Assembly: GCA_964016885.1 (NCBI GenBank)
Contig: OZ024758.1
Location: forward strand, 18,166,001-18,230,000
Direction of reading: 5' to 3'
DNA: 64,000 bases
Source: Eledone cirrhosa
Taxonomy: Eukaryota
Shown: piece after piece, positions 54,216 through 64,000 of the stretch
How positions within the stretch are numbered: position 1 is the stretch's first letter
How the letters are laid out: the number at the start of each line of letters is the position of its first letter
Position numbers and translations under genes: made by a program
Notes under the pieces: model-generated
What the model was told of the DNA's origin: nothing
What the model saw: only the letters and a program-made list of their open reading frames with translations
Database searches by the model: none

Positions 54216-54630
54216 CATGGGGAGGGTCATATCTGTGTAATAATATTGCCAGAATTAATAGCAGAACACACTCACAGATGGCGTAGGCATACAATGCAAC
54301 GGGAGGAAACATAATAGCATCACTGACGATGTTGCAGATGTGCAGCGAAAGAAATGTGTTAGACTATATATATGTGTTTATCTCTATATTGTATCTGTAT
54401 TTTTGATAGTTGGTCTGTCAATGGTAACATTGAGGACCGAATAAATTAAATTAACCGATACAAAAGGCACAGAAGCGAAAACCATCCAAACAGTGAGTGT
54501 GTTCTGTTCTGTTATTAATTATGGCAATATTATTATATTATTACACAAACATGACCCTCACAAATATAACAATATTTTGTTTCGACACACGATTTCATAT
54601 CAGGAACGTCGCAAAACTAATTCATCGCCG

Positions 54631-54631
<1 letters not shown>
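54216..54631. mobile_element. Relative of the 21338-21779 palindromic element with a shorter inverted arm
   Basis: Shares GGGGAGGGTCATAT..GCCAGAATTAAT..GAACACACTCAC and the 3' end GTTTCGACACACGATTTCATAT..GCAAAACTAATTCATCGCCG. Confidence 0.8.
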
Positions 54632-54687
<56 letters not shown>

Positions 54688-54785
54688 AAATTGAGGTTGG
54701 TAATTTTAAATTCCAGAATTTAAAATTTATTTAGCTATATTATGAGTTATAATAATAGGTACGAATTATATATATATATCGCCGT

Positions 54786-54829
<44 letters not shown>

Positions 54830-54907
54830 ATTGAGGTTGGTAATTTTAAATTCCAGAATTTAAAATTTATTTAGCTATATTATGAGTTATAATAATAGGT
54901 ACGAATT
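54624..54907 (+). repeat. Local tandem duplication (~140 bp) that includes a (TA)n(GA)n tract
   Basis: ATCGCCGTTATATA..GAGAGAAAATTGAGGTTGG..GGTACGAATT occurs twice. Confidence 0.9.
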
Positions 54908-55090
54908 TCCTGGATAGAGCACAAGAATTCTGGCTTTCACTTAATAATTCTTGTGAAACAAATTTAGATCTGTCCGAGTATCAAAGGCAGTTTCCCGATA
55001 TAGGAGGGTGTTCTGTCTCTTATATGTTCCATGTGCCATTACCAACCTCAATTTTCTCTATAACCTTCGTTTTGTGTAGAAAATTACACT

Positions 55091-55169
<79 letters not shown>

Positions 55170-55170
55170 C

Positions 55171-55206
<36 letters not shown>

Positions 55207-58200
55207 TTATTAAAATAACAGATTAAAGTTTAAGCAAAGAATTGCTGCGTTCACCCTTAAGGGGATCTTTAAGATCCCGTTAAGAATGAAAAATGTCTAC
55301 TTATATCTCCTCGGACCCACATTTCTGAAACGAGCAATCGTATATACATGAATCTATTCATAATCAATCCGCTTACATATGCTTATGGCATTTAAATCTG
55401 TAATGCAAAAATACAAATCCCATGAATTTATGTGTAAATGTATCGATGTAGGTGTTTGTGATTTATATGTATGTGTTTCGATGTCGGTGTTTGTGATTTG
55501 AAAAGCATTAATAAATGTAAAAAAATTGGTTGTAAAGTGTGTGGTGTATTTTAGTTTATGGTTTTGTAGATACAGGCTTCAGGATTCTACTATACTATAT
55601 GTTGAATGAACTGGGTGCATTTTATACAGGCACCAGTACTACCACTTGCACAGTATACTGGATGTAGTTGGTAGTGGAAATATTTGTTGGTGGTTATATT
55701 TGTTTTGTCTTTAATGTATGGAGGGGTTTCAATGTTATATGTTGGAGAAATGCGTAAAATTACAGTTAAAATACAATGTAGTTGTGTTTTATGTATTGAC
55801 ATATTACTGTGAGTGCTATTACCATTCAGTGGAATGGAAGAGCATATCATTGTATGGGCGTCATGTTTATTTGTGTGAGTACAAATAAGTGTTTTATTTG
55901 TGCTAAGTAGCGTCATATGTAAAGTTAATCATGGAATGAAATGTGTACTGTATCAATTACTCGCCAACACAGATTTGTATTATAAAATAAATTTAAACAA
56001 AAGACAACACATTAACCTTAGAATGTGGATTCGTGAAAAGTATATGTGTGCAGTTGCCATGCTTCTGCATTAAATAGCATAATATACAGCATATATAGTG
56101 TCTTTGAAGTGTTATTACTATCGGAATGATGTTCAGGAAGGATGAATAATGTTTCATTGATATGCGAATATTTTAATAATGTATTCAGTTAGAAACAAGC
56201 ATGGAGCAAGTTACAATGATGAATACAAACTAGACCAAAAATAACTATGAGTAGAAATATTCAATATACATAAAGACCATTGAGAATATGTCTGCTTCTA
56301 GTTTAAAATATCATATTCCAATCCATTGTTGATTGTCAAATTTTATACGACTTGATGCGATATAATATGAAAGTTAGAGAAGTGAAAATTTTGTTTTATT
56401 TTATTATAATTTGAATACTTTAATGTCGTATTTTTTATTTGGTTCTTTCTAATATTGCGGTTCTCTCTGCGTGAGAATAGTAATACATTTTACATTCGGA
56501 AGATAGTATATTATGAAATATATGAATATCTCATGTTGAATTATTATTGCAGGAATCATATATAGGATATATTTGTTCAATATATTTACACGATAATATA
56601 ATATTTCATACATATTTGTATATTGTCATGTGTGATAATGTGTGACTGATCATTAAGATGTTTACTCACTGAAACCACTCAGGAGTTCTGTATGATATTC
56701 TATATTACGACTCATAATGAAGATTCCCGCAGCAGGCAAATATATACCTTTATAAATAAAGAGTGTGTAACTGAACCTGCACCAGAGTGTATAGATATAT
56801 ACATATATATGTTTGTAAAAGGTAAACAGAAATAACAACACAATCGGTACAGTATTTTGGAAGGGAAATATTAGGTTAACGCTTGATATATCAGAGAGAG
56901 GGTCTTAACATTTCGGACATTGGAAAAATGTCTTTAGATAAAAATAACAGGTCCGTTGATGTTGACATCTCTTGGAAAACTGTTGATGCTGGGGTTTTGT
57001 GTATGATTTAGTTTTATATATATAGGTATTTAAACATGCTAACAAATATGAATTTCACTGTAATTTGGAAAAATAAACAAAAAACTATAAATGTTATTGG
57101 GTCCTCAAGTATGAAATTTGTAGAAAAAAACTGTTTCATATGCCTCAATACAAATGTTATTCTTGACGACCCAATAATTAGATCAAATTGGACCCCCATC
57201 AAAGGCGATGAAACCACTTTAGGGAACACTGCCTTCGAATATATGTTTATAAAGAAAATTGTATGACTATTAATTCATAGTAAGTAACCTCCATTTCCAA
57301 ATTTCCATTTCTCATTTTATAAAGCTCTCTATCACGTATAATAGAATAATAAAATATGAGATGTGTTTATATTCAACACAATATGAAGAAAGAAGTCTTT
57401 AATTAACATCAAAAGTTGTATAACTTTATTGGTTTACATAAACAAGATCAATAACCACGGAGGTTTACTAGATAATGTAACTATCTTTTATCAACATATG
57501 ATAAACCTCTTTTTTACAAGTTATTCATTATTATATATCATTATATATACATTCCTACATCATTTATGGACGTACATACGCAGAAATGTATATATAATAT
57601 ATATTTTGCATTATATATTTCTCCTTCATTTGTATTATGCATATATGAAATGATAATTGAAATGAATAAATAACTGCATCTATAATAGAGTGACCTTTAC
57701 TTGGGTAAATATCTACAGAGTTTTTTTATAGTATCAAAGACTCGTGTTTTCATATTTTCGACTGGTAATGATAACTATAGAAAATAATATCAATAAGCTA
57801 ATGGTGAATGACAAATGTATGTCTGATATCAGAAAATAGTGATTGTATTTATTGTGGCCAAATGAATATGTTACCTTTAAGCTATAATATATTTGATAAA
57901 ACCAAATTAGATGTATTTCATGGTGTATTTTTTGTAGACATCTACCTCATAGTTTCCAGGGCAAACTGAATGCTGATGTAGTAAGAAATGGGTTGCATAT
58001 GTTTTTGCCCTTAGTATTCCAATTTCAAAATACTATTTAATCAACGTAGTGACCTTTATCATAGAGGCTCTTATAAAATAGAACTCACCAATCCACAACT
58101 CTTCTTAACATCACTTAAGGCATGTGTTCTGTCAATTTAAGAAATATATTCCCTTATTTGATACAAATCAATGATAACTATTGCTACTAATGTATTCTCA

Positions 58201-58574
58201 TATATATTATTCGTGGTTTCATGTATGCATAAATTTACAAATGGAATTGCAGTCATCTTAGAAAAAGGCTATATGAATGTTAATGTAAAAATGGTGTAAT
58301 ATATTTTCATATTCATCAATAACTTCTGGAAGCTAGCTATGTCTATTTTAAAATGTCAAGGTTTCCTTCATGTACAGATTGCGTATTAGTCTAGCTGTAC
58401 TAATTAAACCTTCAATAATAGAACAAGTACGGAAATCCTAATAGCTATACTCGTATAATTAATTTTTAACTATCTTTTCACCAATATTACCAACATGTGT
58501 TAGATTTATGTCGATAATAAGTTTCTCCAAATCTTGACATGGTTTCAATAATGCGAGCATTCTTATAAGTCAAT

Positions 58575-58749
58575 AAGTGTTTCTACTTTTAGCACAAGGC
58601 CAGTATTACTGGTACTTTATTTTATCGACTCGTAAGGATGAAATGCAAAGTTAACCTCGGCGTGATTTGAACTCAGAATGGAAAGGGCTGTAACTCTTTG
58701 CGTGAAAGCATGGCGTCCGACCCTCTACCGATACTGCCAATCCGCCGCC
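58575..58749 (-). mobile_element. Major SINE copy
   Basis: Reverse complement of the consensus with a small deletion; CTTATA.GTCAA.AA on both flanks. Confidence 0.85.
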
Positions 58750-60059
58750 TTATATGTCAACAATTAATACATTTTTCCAAATTCTGACATACAGTCAATA
58801 ATGCTAGCATACAGTAATCTCTACTATAGTTCCAGGATATGTTTAGATTGTACAGGCTTACCTCTTATATATCTATGTTGTGGAACTTTACTTTTGTCAT
58901 AAATGAGTCTTGAACAGTCTTTGCTTTTCTGAAGACTTTGTTTATGAATTAATGACAAAAGAAGTTCTCAGTGTGTCTGTGTCCATGAGTAAGCCATTTG
59001 CAAAATGACGAAAGCACTTTGACATCTAGCAAAAAAGAGTTCCCCCAAAAAGGGAGATAAGGGGCGAGCCTGTACATGTTTTATTCCTCTAATATTAAAG
59101 CACGGAAAAATACAAGCATGTTTGGAAATGTTTTTTCTTGTAGCAGTTCAAATTCAGTGCATACACATATATTTGTTCAGCAATTTCATAGTAGAGCCCC
59201 TTTACTACATTAATCATTCTCTGTACATATTCTGTACAAGCATGTGATGCATTATTTCTGAAAATACAATATGCATGCAATATTTGCTTTTTATATCAAA
59301 TTCATGATGAATATACAGAATGATCATAAAGTCGCTCCAAACTGAGGTTTTCGTTTCATAGAGAACATTTTGTTACTGAAAATTACCACTACTACTTACA
59401 AAAGAGAAAATATGAAATATGTTCAGAAACACTTTAAACTTTAAATTTATAAATTAAAGAAATGGAAAAGTAAAAGCTTAATATTTCATAATCAGAGAAA
59501 TACGTTATGCTCACTCTGTATTTTGCACATATCTAGTGGTGGTGCATTGAACCTATATCATGGATATATATCGCTTCTGTTGCAACTGTCGTATTTCATT
59601 TAAACATTCATACCATATATACTGAATTGTTTTATAATAGGATAATGAACTGATCAACATTATGGGCAAAGCAATTGCGTACGTTAATTGTCGTTGATAC
59701 ATGAAGATTTTATGTACTCTAAGTGTTTATGCTCTCGCAGTAAATATGGGTGTGGAGCTCCTTTGAAGCCAAAGCACAACACATTTTATATGGAATGTAT
59801 ATCGGTCGAGAGAGGTTTTCTACTTCATATTTCGTATTAGGAAATCCATAAACAGTATGAATTAGTTTAATATTTATGATCGTATATTCTCCATTAAAAC
59901 ATTTGGTAAGCTCTTGATATTTTAATAACGAAAGAATGTCATAGATATTCAAACATAGAGTAGATCTAAAGTGCATGCATTATTATTACTACTTAAAGTA
60001 AATTGACATGTTGTTTAAATAGAACCTGGATTTTAAATACTTCAGCGATTGGTTTGTTG

Positions 60060-60600
60060 CATTTGATAATAATAATAATGATAATACTGAAACTATTGTG
60101 TACAGTGCTCAGGTGCACTAAAACTCATCAAAGGTACATGTATACTAGAGAGAATAATGTACAAATGTCAGGAAAGTTAACAGTGTATGAGTCATGATAT
60201 ACATGTGTGCGTGTGTATGGAGGGGGGATATCAGGTGTAGAGTTGGCTAATTTCAGGAAGCATGGGTGTTTTGATGACTGCAGTATCTTGGCAGCTAACA
60301 ACTGATGCAGGTAGTTTGTGCAAGGCTTCACCAACTCTGAGCATAACAAAATGTTTCCGAAAGTCACGGAAGCTGCGCTGTTTTCTGACTTTGTAGGCAT
60401 GTCCACGTGTGTGAGACATATGGAATTCAAAAAGGTGTTCAGGGTTGTTGTTAGCAAGATGGTTAATAATTGTATGTGTGTTTACCAATTCTATTGCCAA
60501 ACGTCAGAGCTTAAATGTATCCATGCCCGGGGAAGCAAAGCTTTCAGAGTATAGTAAATGCCTGATGGAGGGTATTCGCGTGGCTGCACGTCTCTGAACA
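60060..60600 (-). mobile_element. CR1-group LINE 3' fragment
   Basis: ORF 60231..60500 contains TRGHAYKVRKQ...FRKHF..LRV.EA..KLP.SVV, the CR1 RT C-terminal motif. The minus strand ends in an (ATT)n tail. Confidence 0.8.
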
Positions 60601-61882
60601 ATGTTTTGTTGGATATTTATAATTATATATTTATATTATACATCCAAAGATACAGTAAACACTTACTATTTTACTATCAAAGAAATTACATATCATACAT
60701 GCTTGAACATGCAGTAGATCTATGATACATGAAGCAAATTTAATATTTAGTACTTAAATAAATTATTATATAGTTTGCACTAAGATTACCTACAATGCCA
60801 CTAATAGTTTTAGACAGTGATGTAATTCCTATAAAAGAATAATTTTGTTCCTTGTGTGTAGAAATATCTCAATCAATATTACTATCGCATGGAAATGAAA
60901 TGTGCAAGCGTTAATCATAATGATAAACTACAGTTGAATATAGATACAATGTATGAACATGTATTAATTGATTGATAGATTATGATTATGATTATGATTA
61001 TTACTTTTGTTTATCACAGGAAAACAGTGATAAAACATCCAAGAAATGCAACAAAACTAATCGATGGAGTATTTTAAATCCATGTTCTACTTAAACAACA
61101 TGACACCAAATATTTCATGATATGGTAGATCACTCACAATTATTATTATTTTATAGAGGTGAATCATAACCGGTTTAAATCATATGCAGGTTAATCAATC
61201 TTATTTTACGAAATACATGATTATACATAACATCAAAAGAAAGTTCTACCATCATCGATGCTCAGTGATCAAAGTTATCTCCAAGAACAAATAGAAAATA
61301 TATGAGGAAATCATTACAAAGTAGAAGTGATAAAATATTGGAATTGATTTAGCACGTCGTGTGCAAGAAATATATGAGAAGTCATGCTGGTATAAAGGAT
61401 TTCATCGTTTATTGATTTCTAATATATGTGATGTGTGTCTTAATAAAATATATTAGCAATATAGTGATTTATTTGTTAGATTTGGTCTAATACATCAGAG
61501 TTCACTTATAATCCCTAATTTGGACAAAGGCATACATACTTATTACATTCAATAAACCAGGAAATCATATATCGATTACACATCATGCAAATATGATAAC
61601 TGAAAGATATATTTATATATATTTATATAAATAAAATCATATGCATATATGCATATATATATATATATAATAAAATAATAATAGTAATAATAATAAATTT
61701 GAAGACTATATATATATATATATGTATCCATATGATTTTATTTATTTATTTCAATAATTGAACTGCTACCATGCTACGGCAGAGTCTTCAAAATAATTTT
61801 AGTTAAGTGTCTAGTGTGCATTTTAATTCATGTATTACTATTTGTTGAAATGCAAAGTCTTAGAGCTTAAACAAAGATAAAC

Positions 61883-61916
<34 letters not shown>

Positions 61917-63497
61917 GTATATATATATGTATATATATATATGTATATATATATGTATATATATGTATATATATATATATGTGTATATATATATGTATAT
62001 ATATATATTTGTGTACGTGTAAAGGACATGGCAAAAAGCACCCAGCACACACTCTAAATGTGCTAGGAAGGGCATCCTGCCGTGTGGACTGAGAGCCGTT
62101 TTACCATGTTTCCTGCATAACCACACTACAGTGGTCAGAAATGTTAGGATGGGGTAAGGGGTGTATATTGAGTTACGTCTAGCCTACTGTCAGTAGGTTT
62201 ATGTTCGTATGCAATGGAAGGTGGGTCTTCTGTATAACTGCATAGCAGCAGAGATCACGATTCAGTGACATTGCCTTAGAGAGGTGTAAGTGTTCATATA
62301 TATTAAAAAGCATTAATGCCATACTGGGCAGCTTTTAAGGATGATAGCTTCACATACCTATATCTAGATGCATTAGGTATTGGTTAAATAACACTTCATC
62401 ATATCAATCGATAATCTGTATCTGTTTTCAATGTAGTTATTGATCATCACTTCCATCACGTAGCTCACAGTTGCTTTAAAAATAGCAGTGGACCTTTGCA
62501 TATTTTCTTAGATACCTGTCGAGGGTCACATTCACTTATGACACTTTAAGCTGGCTGTGAGGCAAAAGGTAATATATCTTAGTAACTCCCCAAGTTTCGT
62601 ATCTATTTAAAATGTCATTATGGGCGGAACAAATTTTCCAGCTTAGCCAATAAAACAAACTCCTGTGATGCTCTTACAGCCCTATATCTTATATGAACAT
62701 ATCAGTTTTTCATATCAAAAACATCTACCCAGTAGCACTTTAACATATCTACCATTGTATGTCTTCTTTGTTTTACAACGATTCTTTCACAGTATCGACT
62801 AACCTACGTAAAAAACGAAAACTATGTTATAACATTGATCCTGCCGTAGAGAGATGTTTCAAGTATATGTTGATATAACTACTAATTTAAAGTATATATT
62901 TCTTATTTTATTGATTTCCTTCCATTGAAATTCAATGAAATTCCATTAAACAAAATGTACACTTACTAATTTCATTATATCTTTATCATTGCTTTTTGTG
63001 TGACAAAGTGTTGTATCTTTGGCGTTAACAATGAAATATATCTTTATCTATTTCGGTGTAAATTGCATAAATATTGCCGTATGTCTGCAAATCTGTAAAA
63101 TCAACATTGATTTTCAAAGGCGAAATGGTATTAATACTTTTATATTATAGAGTGATGAGCATAAGCTGAAAATGTTAACATTGACAGTATGTTATAATCT
63201 AAGAATTTGAGATACAAGCATAGAAAACGACCCATATCAACTGTAGTAGTTTGTACTAATAGACGGGTTATGCTATTCTGTCCTTTTATCCATTCATGCC
63301 AGTTCAAATTTAGTGATGTCGTTGCTGTTTAGCACACTCTTATCCCTGATGGATCTCATCTATGAGCAACAAATGCCATGGATTACCATTCCATATTTCT
63401 GTGTGTAATTCTACCACGACTATCATATATTTCATTCGATTATATATATATATAATAACAGGGGGCAGGACTTGTTTAATTCCTTAAACGGTTTATT

Positions 63498-63554
63498 ATA
63501 CTATAATCATTTCAATGACGGGGTTCGGTATGAATCCGGGGACATCATCAGGTA
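63498..63554 (-). ncRNA. Type-I hammerhead (family D), followed by a truncated inverted copy at 63560-63602
   Basis: Minus strand TAC-CTGATGA-tgtccccggattcataccgaaccccgtcatt-GAAA-TGATTA-TA-GTAT. The plus strand then has TGATGA..GATTCATACGGAACCCGGTCATTGAAA. Element 63459-63775 is homologous to 22626-22925. Confidence 0.75.
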
Positions 63555-63771
63555 GTCGAATGATGATACAACCTGATTCATACGGAACCCGGTCATTGAA
63601 ATTACGCCAGTCCGGCCTCCTGTTATTTTATAATAATTAACTCCGTACTCGCACCACCAACAACACAAACGAAGACGGGTGAGTTGCATTACGTCGTGTG
63701 CTCTCCCTAATACTACATCGAGGTTGACCATACGGAATGTTCAGTTCTATCCTGTGGTGAACCAACAGACC

Positions 63772-63863
<92 letters not shown>

Positions 63864-64000
63864 TGTATATATAGTGTATTTTGCAAAACACTGTATGTTT
63901 AATTAAAATCATTTCGAAGACCTTACACTATTGTTTTAGAGTAGTGACAATCTCACTTACTTTAATTTTCAGCAAACAGGGGGAGATAAATCTGACAGAG

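Noticed and set aside
57014-57266. Short ORFs and a hAT-like terminal sequence near 57213-57231
   Set aside because: The peptides are unrecognisable and no matching second TIR was found.
55300-63400. Host gene exons in the repeat-poor region
   Set aside because: No ORF with recognisable protein features or convincing splice structure. Small exons cannot be excluded without transcript data.

Overview
Very AT-rich, repeat-dense eukaryotic non-coding DNA (intergenic or intronic). It is most likely from an octopod cephalopod, inferred from the dominant tRNA-derived SINE and the abundance of (TA)n/(CA)n/(TTC)n microsatellites. No host protein-coding gene is supported: almost every ORF in the track is a microsatellite or SINE artefact, and the few real peptides are 3' remnants of non-LTR retrotransposons (RTE, CR1, Ingi/Vingi-like, R4-like). 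The window also holds about 40 copies or fragments of one ~190-bp SINE (with tandem and inverted arrays), a non-autonomous Helitron, small DNA-transposon MITEs and a 123-bp tandem repeat built from an RTE fragment. The main signal is a set of short non-coding elements sitting in (TA)n tracts that carry type-I hammerhead ribozyme (HHR) folds. I read about 15 HHR or HHR-like motifs by eye, from about 8 unrelated sequence families. Most have a palindromic stem III of the kind known from Penelope-like elements (PLE), some have a hugely extended stem II, and some carry core variants. Many of these elements have become long palindromes whose fold-back point lies at or within the ribozyme. All folds were read manually; none has been computed or tested.
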